Assembly (NCBI RefSeq): GCF_037042905.1
Contig: NC_087259.1
Coordinates: 16,802,001 to 16,866,000 of the forward strand
DNA length: 64,000 nucleotides
Source of the DNA: Lytechinus pictus
Taxonomy: Eukaryota
Reading direction: 5' to 3'
A program made the translations under genes and the position numbers. The notes beneath the pieces were generated by a model that saw nothing but the letters and a program-made list of their open reading frames with translations, had not been told where the DNA came from and did not search any database. Position 1 is the stretch's first letter, and every line of letters begins with the position of its first letter. Below are positions 39,495-53,626 of this stretch, piece after piece.

Positions 39495-40430
39495 TTAGTG
39501 TGTAGGCCTACTAGTCGTTCGCACTGAATTCTGTTCACAATGTGTACTAGATGTTCACACTGAATTTTGTTCACAGTGTGTTCTAAATGTTCCATCGAAT
39601 TCTGTTCAGTGTGTACTAGTAGTTCACATTGTATTCTCTTCAAAGTGTGTACAGGTTATTCGCATTGTAACTTGTTCACAGTGTGTCTTAGATGCTCACA
39701 CTGAATTTGTTCACGGTGTGTAGAAGTTATTCGCATTTTAATTTGTTCACAGTGTGTATTAGATGTTCACACTGAATTTTCTTCAGTGTGCACTAGTTAT
39801 TCGCATTTCAATTTGTTGACAGTTTTTACTAAATGTTCACACTGAATTTTGTTCAGTGTGTAATAGTTATTCGCATTCTATTTGTTCAGTGTGTACTAGA
39901 TGTTCACACTGAATTTTGTTCACAGTGTATACAAGATATTCGCATTCTAATTTGTTCACAGTGTGTACTAGATGTTCGCATTCTACATTGTTCACAGTGT
40001 GTATTAGATGTTCACACTGAATTTCGTTCAGTCACGGTGTACTAGTTATTCACATTCTAATTTGTTCACAGTGTGTACTAGATGTTCACACAGTGTGTTC
40101 TAGTTATTCGCATTTTAATTTGTTCGCAGTGTGTACTAGATGTTAACACTGAATTTTGTTCACGGTAAGTACTATTTATTCGCATTTTAATTTGTTCGCA
40201 GTGTGTACCCGATGTTAACACTGAATTTTGTTCACGGTGTGTACTAGTTATTCGCATTCTAAATTGATCACAGTGTGTATTAAATGCTCTCACTGAATTT
40301 TTTCATGGTGTGTACTAGTTATTCGCATTTTAATTTGTTCAGTGTGTATTAGATGTTCACACTGAATTTCGTTCAGTGTGTACACGTTTTTCACATTCTA
40401 ATTTGTTCACAGTGTGTACTAGATGTACAC
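39495..40430. repeat. 36-bp minisatellite with alternating A/B monomers
   Basis: A = ACTAGATGTTCACACTGAATTTTGTTCACAGTGTGT, B = ACTAGTTATTCGCATTTTAATTTGTTCACAGTGTGT. Confidence 0.9.
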
Positions 40431-40708
40431 AGCGAACGGTATACAAGAATGTCATTGATTCACAATGAATCACAATGAATCACAACAAGGTGTCCTCGGT
40501 TGTATAGTAAAATTCTATATAGCCCTTACTTGAAATTATTCAAATAAATGGTTTTCTTTTAAAAATGTCCTCAATCCACAGTATTCGTATTGTATGTGTG
40601 TAAATGTGTAACTTAAAGAAAAGCTTTTGACATAGTCCAAGGTCATTATGTAAAACGGTGAAATGTATATTATAACTCCAATTTTCAGAGCATCACTAAT
40701 ATTTCGCC

Positions 40709-43700
40709 ATGGCTGTGAAAAGGGTTGCTGTTATTGGGGCCGGGATAAGTGGTTTGGTGTCTACCAAAACCTGTCTCGAGGAGGGATTCGAACCTGTGTG
40801 CTACGAACAAACAGAACAAATAGGTATGTTGATACCATATTATTATTATGCCCAATTTCGAAATACACGCTTTTAAAAAATCGAATTCTAAAGTTGTATG
40901 AAGTAAATGAAGTTTATTTCAAAATTATGCAATTTAATCAATCGTTGACTTAAACTAATAGGTGGAACGGTAAGGAGAACTTTCTAGAAATTAAAATTAA
41001 CGTCAGTTGGTCAATTTTTACTTTAAAAACGGTGTGTTTGTTTAAAGTGTGCCCTTTTTAGGGGGCACTGTAATTAGGATCAGACTATTTGAATAATTTT
41101 CGTGCCATAAACCATGTGAATAAGACTAGTGTGTATTCGATTGTCCTTTTGATATAATAATATATATTCCACTTGATTGATGGGACTACCAATTTGGGCA
41201 TATATCGATCTTTGATATCTAGCAGTCACACATACCAACCCGACCGATTTTGTGCCATTGAAAAAAAACCTAATAGGTTGGTCAGTCTCGAGTCGGTTTG
41301 TTCTTGGTGTGACTGCACATTAATCATGAAAATGATGAAAGAATAATTCTGCTGAGTTTGGAAATAGCCACCGGGTAAGAATATCATATCTTTTTACGGG
41401 TGTTTTTTCATCCAATCTCTTATTAAAACTTATTTTAATGTTTACTGTGAGAAGGGGGGGGGGCAATTTCTTTTTTCTTTTCCTGAACATGATCTACTAT
41501 TTCGTCTCCAGGCGGTATCTGGGTCACCAGCGACCGGAGGGCCCCGGGGACAGAGACGAGGGGCGCCATCTACGACTGCCTCATCACAAACTCGAGCAAG
41601 GAGATGATGTGTTTCAGTGACCACCTTTTCGATCCTTCTATCTCGCCGTACATCCAGGGCAATCAGGTTTTAAACTATTATCAGGATTATGCCAGACAGT
41701 TTGATCTCGAGCCGCATATACGATTGAACACGAGGGTTGTTCGTGTGGAGCCCACGGAAGACTTCGATAAGACAGGTAAGTTTTGTTGTTGTTTTTTCAT
41801 CTTCATTTCTGTTGTTGTTTTTGTTTATGGGATTCTTGATAGGCCTATTTGACTTCGAATATAATATTAAAATCTTGAAATTGAATTGTATCCAATAACA
41901 CGTTTGAATGATATTATGATGCGTATTACAATTTATATTTGGATATCGCAATACATTCATGATATTTCAGTTTGTTTAGAGGCGTCGACAAAAAAAAGAG
42001 GTATTTGAAAAAAATTGCAGCATTTCATAGTTCTCAAATTGCAATGTCATCTTGATACAATAAAAAGTTATGGAGTTCTACTGTTATTTCCTAGGTCAAT
42101 GGCACGTAGAGAGTCGGGGCCCGAGTGGTGAGGTCGACGAGGAGGTGTTTGACGCGGTTATGGTGTGCTCAGGGCTTCACAATAAGAGCTATATTCCCTC
42201 CCTTCCCGGAATGGATGACTTTAAGGGCGACATCGTTCATAGTTGCGACTTCAGGAACGGAGAGAAATATGCTGGCAAAACCGTCGTCGTCGTCGGTAAA
42301 GTCGTTTCCCCTTTAAGAATATTACTATGTCATGATAATAAGGAATGTAAAAATAATCCTATCACTTTTCGTTGAGATTATATATCAATATTCGGACTTT
42401 CACTTTTGTTCCCGGGAGAGAGGGTGGACAGTTTGAATAGCAGCTACATCAAGGGCACCGATCAGTATCATATATCAGCTCGCGTGTCTTGTATGTAAGT
42501 TTGCCCCCCGTTCAATCATATCCATGTCGTCACTTCCGAACTTATGTAAGATGGTATCGGGGGAGTATGCTTGGTGCCAATTTACTGAATTTTGGAAAAC
42601 ATTTTCTCTCCTAAAACTGTAATGTTTCTTTCTTTCTTTTTTTAATACTTGCTTCTTTTCAAATAGGTGGTTCACATTCGGCGGGTGATGTAGCGGTCGA
42701 CACCAGTAGGCATGCGAAAATGGTAATCCCCCCCCCCCAATATCTCTCTTTCTACTGATTTGAAAACTGGGATGATATCGATGACAGTATTCGTGTAGTC
42801 CTACTCGATTAACTCGGAACATTATATAATGAGTACATTTCTACTGTTTCTACTAATTAAATGAAGTCAAAAATTAAAAAGAGATAATGTATTTCAACAT
42901 GAGTGGCACATGTAATCTATATATACAGCGCGTATCAAAAAAAAGTTTACACTTTGAAAAAATCTTGTAAAATTATACATTTGTAATATCCTGAAGATTT
43001 TTCCACATTCTAACATTGGCACAGATCCATTTAAGCAAATGACGATATAACTGTCGAAAAATATTTCCGCTTGAGTGAGCACCACTTACTGTTAAAAAGT
43101 TAGTGAAAAATTATTTGCGCAGAACTTTGAAATAGTAATGATATTAAAAGTATACCTTTATTACCTTAATAATGAAGAACACGTAGAATTTAGCTAGTAA
43201 AATTGATCTGAAGATATCTTTTACCTTTTTTAATTTGTTTCTTTGCCCAAAACACTTCGAAGGGTGCATTGCGCCCCACCCCACTCCCCCACACACGGAG
43301 GCCATCGTGACGATATTTGCTTTACACTGAGCTGTGATTTACATGAAATGGCTTAGGCTTGATTTTCATTTTGTTAATCATTGTCAAGCTTTGAAAAAGT
43401 GTGGAGAAACAAGTATTAAATGAAAAATGAAATGTAAACCAACTTTAAATGATAAAAACTTAGTGAAAAAATGCTAGAGATGTCTGATATAAACTTTTGT
43501 TCAGATTCAGTTATGTCCTCAGATCCGGCTGGTACGAAAAGGGTAAAGGTTGTGCTTACTAAGTGTTGAAATTTCAATTTGGGTGGCAAAATTGTTACAA
43601 AATGCTTGAATGTATCCGTTTTATTTCAATTGACTAAAATTGCAAGGGAAATGTATGAGAAATGTTTCGCAGGGTAAGTTTGATTTCGCCCTTTCCCCTT

Positions 43701-46700
43701 GACACAGCGTGAAAACGAGCATTTCTGCGCAAACAGATTTCTGCGAGCTTTACAAAAACGGACAGTGCTCACTCAAGTGTAACATTCTGTCAAAACTTTT
43801 ACTTTCATTTGATAGATAAGAACCAAAACCAAGATTATATGTGAAAATATTACCCACATGTTGTATATTTTTTAATTCCCAGGGTTTTTTCAAAGTGTAA
43901 ACTTTTTTTTGATACACACTGTATATATATTTTGATTTGAATGCGAGTGCTGTCATTCATACAAAAGAGCAATAACAGTTGCAAAAAATAACAACCACAG
44001 CAACATCTGACTTCCCTGTCTGCAAAGACGTGACCAGCATGACCGCGGGTGCTATTTTTCACGATATTCCCTTCCAGGCATTAGAATATGGTTTATGCCG
44101 TCAAAAAAAAGAAACTCTTGTATGTAGCGCAATTGAATAATCTATGCGCTTACAATGGCAAAATTCGCAGGTTGGGAGCCTTTGAAAATGTGCATTTCCA
44201 ATACTTATTCAAAGTCTTCAATACAGATTATCTGTGGGACGGAAAGAATTATGGTTGTCATAAAGTCACAGAAAACAAGTTTGCATCCCTCTTTCCATTT
44301 CCTATGTAAAAAGCTCTGATGTAGATTCATCGCATCTATTGATCTCACAATCTTTGTCCTTATCCTATATAAAAATTCTTCTGTTCAATTTCTCTTCGAT
44401 TCATCTTCACCAGACCTATCTTTCGATGAGGACCGGTACGACAGTATTACCCAGGCAGGGGCCAGGGGGTGCCCCCATCGATACGTACATCAATCGTCGA
44501 GTCAGGGGCTTGGTACCCCTTGCCCTGTGGAAGATGTGGATGCAGTCATTCATCTCCTACCGGCTTGATATGGACAGTCTTGGCCTAAAATCCGACAGAC
44601 CACTCTTCGCTTCCACTAGTCTGATGGTCAATGATACGATAGGGGTAAGGAAACACCCCCCCCCCAAATTTTATAGCTCCACCAAGTCATCCTGGGTGTA
44701 GAGGGGAGGGGGCACTGGGCAAACATTGGCACGAGCAAAACCGGGGAGCAAAGGCATTTTGTCAATGATCATTCCCAATTCAGAACTGATTGAAGTGCCG
44801 AAATTAAATCCCGCTTACAGGCAAAATATGAAAATAACTATGTACTCCTGTTAAAAAATCCCACCGATATTTTAGCAGACAAAATTGTATTCAATGCTGT
44901 AAACCACATTGTTGTCGATCTTTGATCCCTTTGAATAATTCAGTATCGTTCCGGCGGGACCGAGTTTTCCTAAGCTCCGAGTTAGTTGGCACCCAATTGC
45001 AAAAAAAACCCCATCCTTTCGCATTTTTTCCCCAGCTGTCTATTAGGAATCTTGTAGAATTTGATGGAAAAATGAAACTGACAGGAGAGGGGATATATAT
45101 ACTCATTCCCAATTCCCAGCAAAATAAGTTTGGCCTACTTGCAAAATATAGTTCAGTGTCCCGAACGATAAAGAAGTATTAGAAATTAATTAAAAATCGA
45201 GGACGGCAGTTAACTATATTATGATTAAAAAAATACGCAACACGTTTTGCCAATATTCCGGCGTGTTCGTAAAAAGGTAGTAATAAAATGATATAAACGA
45301 ATAATTCAAATAAAAGTACCCTTCGAAAATACACCCTTTCTCTTTTTTTAATCGCTTTAATTCGAAGCGGAGGAAGTGACTGTGCAAGTTAAATTTTCCT
45401 TTCAATCTTGAGGTTCGGATCTGGTGCGGTGCTCTCAAAGCCAAACCTAACATCGCTCGCTTCACGGAAACCGATGTCATCTTTGTCGACGGCACGGTGG
45501 TCGAGAACGTCGATGCGGTCATCTTCGCGACTGGTTATGAGTTTAAATTTCCATTCATCGACAAGTCCATCCTGCAAGGTCCGATTCTTATTTATTCGCG
45601 TACTTGCATTTCTCTTTTTATTTCGTAGAAACAAAGCATGCTTTCATTTTGTGTTCGCTTATCCAATATTCAGTTTTTGTATCAATAACCTTCAAATCCT
45701 TTTTCTTTCTTCATTTCTTACTTTTTTTCCACATATTGTAGTATATAGGTAGAGCGCAGCAAGTATACCCTACTGCGCTTATGGCATTGTAATACATATT
45801 ATGTTTTAAGACCTACATTTAGAAAGTCCAATCTTTTCTAAGATTTCTTTTCATGTTTGTCATCATCTAACCCGCGACCCCACCGCATCATAAACAAATT
45901 GATAATTTTTTTTTCATCCCTATTAGAGTCTTATGCGGATCTGGAACTTTATTGGCACGTTTTCCCGCCACGTCTAGCCCACCAGACAATAGCCATGGTC
46001 GGTGCCATCAACTCAGTAGGTGCCCAAGGGCCCATTTATGAACTCCAGGCCCGTCTGGCGGCGCGGGTCTTCAAGGGACTGGTCGAACTACCATGCCAAG
46101 AGAGAATGCTAGAGGATGTAGCCAGGAGGAAGAATATCTTTAAGATGATCTACGGCAATCCGAAGATACATGTATGTATAACCTGGGCCCCGTCCTACAA
46201 GGAGTTGCGATTGATCCGATCAACTTAACTATGGACGGCCAGCAACGTCAAAATCTATTTTGCATGTTTGTTCAAAATATTTTCTAGTTGTGATGTATAT
46301 TCATACAAACATTGTTTTCTTGAAACTTCACGTTGCTTCTCTATGTTTACAAAGGATATTGTACAAATTTCCTCTAGAAAAAATTATGACACTGATGGAT
46401 TTCTATAGTTACGATTGATTGGATCAATCGTAACTTTGTAAGACGGAACCCTGTTATCAGTCTTACAAAGTGTTTCGATTGATCCTATCAGTATCAACCA
46501 TACAAATCCTGATGTCACAATTCTTCGTCTGCATGGAAGCAAAGAGAAACTCCAGGATGGGCTTAACCAGATAATCGCTTTCAATCGTTAATATCAAATA
46601 AATCAATCATTTTCCCTTTGTAAGACAAGGAAATGAACCCCGTTTCTTGAAGTTTGTGTTCACTTTACAAAATGCAACCAACGGATAGGAAGTGTTGCAG

Positions 46701-47436
46701 AGGTCGGGACTGTGTTTGGAGAGCTCGGGGTAGAGCTATAGTAGGCCTATTTTCAACAAAACAAATCTTATCAGATTTCCTAAATTATCTTGCCGACTCA
46801 AAGTCTTGGCCTTTTTTATTACTTTTTGTTTTGCTCGCACTCTAGATTTCTCACTTAGGGGATTGCATAGCTGAATTTTGGCTCGTTCAGTCTACTCTAT
46901 AGCACTTTTATTTTCTTTAAATATTGTACGCCATAAAATGCATAAAATATAAGAAACTCCAGCCCTCATATTCGTCTGGTTCATTAGGCCTACCAAACGG
47001 TTTACAAATAACTCCCAATCTTGATCAATAATGACGGTAATGTTTACAATAGGAAATTAAAGGATTCTTACGTAGGCCTATGTTTTTAAACTTTTTCTAT
47101 TCATTTGATTGAATTTTCTAGTTTCCACCGATCCCATACTGTGACATGGTAGCTGCAAAACTCGGATGTCTACCGCGGTTCACGGATCTGCTGAAGTCGG
47201 ATCCGGTACTTGCCTTCAAATTCTTCTTCGGTCCCAACTATCCGCCATTCTACCGGTTGGTTGGCCCCCATGCATGGCCAGGGGCACGGGATGCAATCAT
47301 GAAAGCAAAACACAACACAGTCAACCCAACCAGGACCCGGAAAGTTCAAACTCCAGGAACTGATCAATCGAGTCTATTGTTCATGTTTCTCTTAGTTGTT
47401 ATTCCGCTCCTAATATTCCTAATGATCTTTACGTAG
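40709..47436 (+). CDS. fmo: Flavin-containing monooxygenase paralog A, 530 aa; exons 40709-40823, 41512-41775, 42095-42295, 42667-42722, 44414-44644, 45413-45578, 45927-46171, 47122-47436
   Basis: FAD motif [21 protein letters not shown] fingerprint [11 protein letters not shown] (FxGxxxHxxxF), FATGY and a C-terminal hydrophobic membrane anchor; 1593 nt phase-consistent; AATAAA at 47458-47463. Confidence 0.93.
42926..43921 (+). mobile_element. Tc1/mariner-like non-autonomous element in FMO-A intron
   Basis: TA|CAG.G.GTATCAAAAAAAAGTTTACACTTTG TIRs, TA flanks; second copy at 54257-55234. Confidence 0.82.
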
Positions 47437-47473
47437 TTTTATGGATAGAAACACAATAATAAACAGTGATAAT

Positions 47474-47692
47474 CATGACCGTACGCAGCGGGGAAGGGGC
47501 AGTTGTCCCCCCCCCCTCCCCAGAAGTCTTGAAAACTTCATTTTTTAAAATTTTCACAAATCCTTCAGTTTCAACTTAGAAAATACAAAAGCGCACCCAT
47601 CACAGCTCGGTTGCTTCGCTCCCTCGTTTTCATGATTCTTCAAAAATTGGCGTGCATCTTGACCCTGGAAAAAAATTATGCGTACGGCCATG
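47474..47692. mobile_element. hAT-like MITE just downstream of the FMO-A poly(A) signal
   Basis: TIR CATGRCCGTACGCA; flanks GTGATAAT / ATGATATT resemble a decayed 8-bp TSD. Confidence 0.6.
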
Positions 47693-50600
47693 ATGATATT
47701 ATGCAATATCTATCAAGCGTTTAATACAGCGTTATAAGCGCTGATGAATATTACCCCGGCTTTAGCAAAATAATTGATGTCTTGCCCCACCCCCACCCGA
47801 ATGTTGTGCATTGGTAGAGTCAGGTTTGGGGAATGCTCTCTGTCGGGTAAGGGGCTTGGGGGCAGCTGTGTCTTAAATATTAAAACATATGTTGATATAT
47901 CTATTATCATCTTTAGAAAGAAAATACCAAAAAAGGGGTAAATATTACACCATGTGTTGATATACTTATTATCATCTTTAGACAGAAAAGACCCCAAAAG
48001 GGGGTCAATATTATTCCCGACACCGGGTCAAATTCAGACCCGGTCCCTATATAACCCCCTCGCTATAATTATGTCAAATCCTTGAAAAGGGGCATGCCCC
48101 AAACCTGACACTATATTTGAGATTACACCCCCCCCCCCCTCCTCCTCCATGATTACAAAACGCCATAGACTGAAAATAAAAGAACTCGCTGATAAATTGA
48201 TAGTAAACGACTTTACCATGAGATTGTTATCGAATGTTGTGGAAATACAGATGCAATACAGCGCCCCCTTTTGAAATAAAAGCAGTCTCAAGCACTTTGT
48301 TGCAGCTTCGCAAATCAGAGGTTAAAACAATGGTAGCTTCACATACCACTTCATTTTATTCATTAATTGTATAATTCCAAAGTCGAGTTTCATGACGTGT
48401 GTATAGATGAATCGCTTTGCATTAAATTCAACCATGCGAGCACTTTAAAAAGGAAAAAAAAACAAATATGAAGAATATGTATATTTTGCATTGTTCATCA
48501 TTATTGAGACTTATCTGTCATGGTATAAACATGTATTTAATTGCGGAGTACCTTTGTGGAGTAAATGAAAGTTAGAATCCATTTTCAAAAATATATATAT
48601 AATTGAATGGATATTCAGCCGCGGATCACGCATTTTTTTTTTTTTTTTTTTGGAATGGGTGCATTATGTCCCAAAATTATACAAGCAAAAGAAAAGGGGC
48701 ATCACTCAGAAATCAAAGGGCATTTGACCTCGGGCCAAAATTGGAGACGGGGGGGGGGGGGGGTGGGGTGGGGGTCATCGCTAAAAAAGGGGTGGTGAAC
48801 AAAAAAGAGGCGTTCGGGGGGTTGAAATTTTACGGGTGCGCCCGCACCTTACCGATATAAAGCAGGTCTTTAAATGTTTGCCATTGAGTGTTTACATGTG
48901 TTTTGTCTTTCATAACTTGTCTGTCCGTCCATACCTCTGTCACATTGTTTTCGCATTGTTTTTAAAGGCACAACCCCTTTAATTGCACTTTTGGAAAAAA
49001 AAACTTTCGGCACGGAAGGACCCATAAAATAATCAAATTTCAGTGTGGGAAATGATATTTAGCGGCATAGCGGCTCTATTGATTGTCATATTGCCTTAAA
49101 AAACAGATTAATGTTAATAGCGTAATCGTATGATATTTTACATTATTTTGATGGATTTGCCCTTTTTGTAAATTATTGTTTAATATATGTGTGTATAGAA
49201 ATATTTTATAAATTTTGTAGATGAAGCATGATCTGATGATGGGAATACGAACATTGATGTATTTGCAACCTATGATTTCAAAGGTAAATTATGAAAAGGA
49301 TAAGAAAGAGTGAAGACATTCATTTCAGCCGACAAGAACCACATTAGTCAAATATTAGATGCGCTATTAAGATAGTTGAGTAAAATTTAACTAAATAATG
49401 GATAAAAGGAGCGAGGGCCTGGAAACGATTTTTTTGCAGGGGGTGCTGGAGTAAATTTGACCCAAAAAAAGGTTTTCACTACAAAGTGAAGGTCGTTTTG
49501 GCCCCCAAAAAAATTGACAAGCTAGAAAAATATAAAAAGGGTTTCAACACAAAATGTTGGTCAATTTCGATACATTTCTCCAATTTGACACACCTACCAA
49601 AATTCCAGGGGGTGTTGCCTTTGGAAAATAATACACGCAGCACCCCCTGGGAAAATCTTGGGCGTGCTTCAGCACAACTAGCACCCCCGCTTCCCAGGGA
49701 CATGAAAAGGAGTAAAAGAAACATGATTATATTGACGCATCTTTGGTTAAATATTTCACAATATTTTGAATCAGTTTACCCCCCCCCCAAAAAAAAAGGG
49801 GGGATGCATGCAATGTTTTGATACAACAAAATGTATAAGACAAGACTACACCAAGAAAAGCATATGAAATAAAAGAAAAATTGTATATGATTGTCTACAT
49901 AATATGTCTAGTAGCCTGTAAAATGCACATGTATTGCAATAATGGTGTCTTTCATCGTAAATTTTTTGTGTGTGTTCTGTATGTTCTTTTCCCGAAAATA
50001 AATATTAAGCGGCCATTGTACACGTTGTAATCGTCACTAATATGATGCCGCGAGAAAATCATTTTGTGCTGGTTATCTATGATTGGTGTATATACGGGAG
50101 AGGGTGGGGCTAGGGACCATGGCCCAGCACCCCTAATATTTTCCTGGGGGGGGGTACTGCATGTATTATGCTCCATAGGCAGCACCCCATGGGATTCTGG
50201 TAGGTGTGACAGAATGAATAGTTGTAACAAACATGACCTATATTTTTTACACAAACCCTTTTTTTTTGGGGGGGGGGGGGCTTGTTAAATTTACATCAGC
50301 ACCCCCAGTCATAAAACGTTCCCAGGGCCCTGCTGGGGAACCTCAAATTATCACCCCAAAATATTTCTTGACAAATCAATTAACCCCATTAATTATTTCA
50401 TCAATATGTTTTCATATTTCTTTAAAACCTGATAGATTGGAATTTCTCGGTCGCGTTGCCACCCCCCCCCCCCCGCCAAAATTAAACAATACATCCCACC
50501 CTAACCAAACTCTCAGCCCTCGAACGTTTGCCTGGTTTCGCCGCTTTTTGCCCTAAACATTATCAAAGATACTGAGCTACTGTATATAAGCACGGACCTA

Positions 50601-52757
50601 TTAAGGTCCATGATATAAGCATGTCCAATCCAATTCCACATTACATGTATCTTGCATCGTGAGTGACAAAATACCAAGAATTGAACAGAAAGCGATGTCC
50701 AGCATACAGGAAGGATTATCATGGTCAATTGTCCCTGCTTTACTATTCTCTAATTATTGTTTTGTGATGACCGGGTTCATTTTTTAGACCCTTTAAGGAC
50801 TATACCCCCATCATTCTGTAATTGATCTATTCTTAATGTCATAAAACTTGGTTTCATAAGTAAGCAAGAATAAGGGGTGTGTCTAGAAGTTAGACGAATA
50901 TAGGGGCGGTTTTTAAGGGGGTTGATTTTCAAAAAGTAATTATTCCTTAAATTTGTTGATCATAAAACTTTATACTTCTGTTCATATATTGAGAGATTTT
51001 TTTTTATTATTATTTATTTTGTTTTTCATCTTCAGGTCAATATTGGTGTTAAAATACATGAACGTTATTTAGAAAATGGGGGCGAGGGGTGTCTTAAATA
51101 ATAAAAAATATATATATATTTTTTTTAATTGGTGGTGTGAGTCGCGATAGAACCTAAGCTATATAGGGTAACCAATGGGCACCAGAGGCGATAGTATAGG
51201 GGCAGAGGCGACCTCTCCGATGAAGGAAAAGAAGGGAAAGGGGGGATGAAAGGAAGAAGAATATCAAACAGAATTATTGGTCTTGTAACGCCATATTGTC
51301 CTGCAATTTACTCTGGGAAAGATGACGTCATATGAAGGTCGTCTTGCCACCCCCCCCCCTGAAAAAAAAAAAATCAAAATTCCCTGACTCCGTCCCTAAT
51401 GGGTACAGTTGGCACCAATACAACCCCACATCGACAGATAAACAAAACTGAATATCATCTTGTCAATCTCTTCACTCCGTTTTGGAGAAACAGGAAACCG
51501 ACTTCGTGTAAACTTTGGTTTGAAGAAGAATTTAAGATGATTATACCAGCACATTCTAACGATTTCAATATCTTTGCACGTAGATAGAAACAGGAAACAT
51601 ACATTGAAGAAAAGGCGGTTTTGTGTACTTGAGGGTTGGTCTGTGGCACGAAGCACTCGTATATGCATATTGAGCAAAAACAGAACGAAAGGGGAACTTC
51701 ATCCTGACAATTAGAAAATGTTTATTGTAAATATATCATGAAAATGAAAATATTGACGAAGGTTTGAAGAAAATCCACCAAAGAATAAAAGAATTTTAAT
51801 TATTTGATTTGTGACGTCATATGCGTGCAGCATTCCATATATTGTATGGTAAAACTCAATGAAATGTAATCTTCTTAGATTGAAGATGGTTTTCATTGTA
51901 TCTTTGGTATAGACAATCATTTCACAACTGTTCTTACAAAGAAAAAGGGTAATCATGAGCCATTAAAAAGTCGACATTTATGTATTTTATATTACATAAC
52001 ATTGGGGCAGCTGCTTTTGATAAACAAGTCTAAAGATTCAAACGAACATGGCTAGTTGTTTAAAGTTAAACAAGTTTTTTTTTAATGTTTAAACAATTTC
52101 CAAAACAACTTGTTAAAGTGACGGGCCAAGGAACGTGCTGAAATATTAAACAGGGATTTTGGAGTGCACTATAAGGTGTTCTTTACGGAACGTATTTAAG
52201 TTCAATGTTTCATATTTATTTCATAATAAAACAGAGAACTGTTTAAAATAATTCATCATCAGTTCACTCGTGTGCATGATGTATAAATTCATTCACTCGA
52301 TTGTGCAAAGAAAAATATCTTTCCTAGTTACATTTGCAACACCGATTAAAAATATATAACGTTGTTTAATGCATTGTATAAGCTTTTACAAAGCTTTAGG
52401 ACGTTTAACAAGACATAATTATACAAGTCATTGATACCCTGGCTTATTGGTCGAAAACATATATAAAAATTTACGACTAATATGTATGAGTCTGCTAACA
52501 TAGTTGAATATTCCATTTTACAAGAGGGTGACTCCGATGTTAAAGAAATTTGGAGAGAAGGCATACACAAAAGCCTTTAAAAGTCGTTATTTTTATGACC
52601 TCTGAGATACACAAGAAGTTAAGGTGGTGAATAAATTCATAAATGATAATGTAGCTTCGCTATCTTACCAAATTTGAATACTTCGTTGAAAAAATTCAGA
52701 GATAGAACTTATAAAACAACTGAATTGTCGATTTGGATTTGCCGATATTAAAACCTG

Positions 52758-52966
52758 GCTCGCATTCCTCGCAGCAGCAGATCATGCGGGCACCCTTATC
52801 TTTTCCCAGATGCTGTTGCAAAATGTTTAAAAAAACGGAACTACCTTACACCGAGAATAGTTACCACACTCTTCAAGCTTCAATTTCAGAACTGATCTTT
52901 TGTGAGAGTTCTTAATACATTTTCGGAATCATCACCACAGCAAGACTTTCATTATAGGCTAACAAG
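52758..52966 (+). promoter_or_regulatory. Putative FMO-B promoter and non-coding first exon with GCM and GATA sites
   Basis: ATGCGGGC (52784-52791) matches the GCM consensus; near-match GCTCGCAT (52758-52765); TTATCT (GATA, reverse) at ~52795-52801; donor CAAG|GTAAGA at 52966/52967; the ATG exon has an acceptor at 58820. Confidence 0.45.
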
Positions 52967-53108
52967 GTAAGATAGATTTAAAGTACTTCATATTTCTTTT
53001 CACGTTATCACGTATTATTGTTGTTTTGTTAAACACTTGGCAATTATATCCCGCGACGAATCATCGCTTATATTATGTCAACCTAAATGTTTGATCATAT
53101 TATGCTTT

Positions 53109-53484
53109 TGATTGGTTAACATTGGTTTGACTTTTAAAAAATCTGAGCTAGAAGGTCACACTTGTCACATGTGTCTGTGATATGTTACAAAAATGAAGCC
53201 CAGAAAAAATTGCGTTCGAAAAAAATTATTTAGTGCTTCAGAAATTGAAATATAAAGTGACCAAAAACACCAACTTAATTTCATCCCATACACTTATGTG
53301 TACTATTTAGGCGTCTATAAGACGCCTATTTACAAAATCTGGGCTTGCCTTGTAGTTTTAGCTTTTCATTCTCAATAATGGTTGTTTTCAGGGTTTATTA
53401 GTTCTAATACATGCACTTGTACACATGTTTCACCTTGGTTTGAGAATTTTTTAAATCGGCTGCTCACAAAGTTAAACAATACAT
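53109..53484. mobile_element. Inverted copy of MITE 34325-34702
   Basis: Near-identical reverse complement; explains the duplicated 'MFSGFISSNTCTCTHVS' ORF in the track. Confidence 0.8.
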
Positions 53485-53626
53485 TTAACATGTTACAAGT
53501 ACCGTCAATTTTAGATAAATTGGATCACTGTATTTTTCTTAAGATGACCCAAAAAACGGGAATCTAAGGTTACATAAAATTACCATATTCATCGTTAATG
53601 ATATTCTGGTGAACTTTACACCTTAA

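Noticed and set aside
39495-40430. CRISPR-like 36-bp repeats
   Set aside because: Repeats are contiguous with no unique spacers, there are no cas genes, and the context is a eukaryotic intron.
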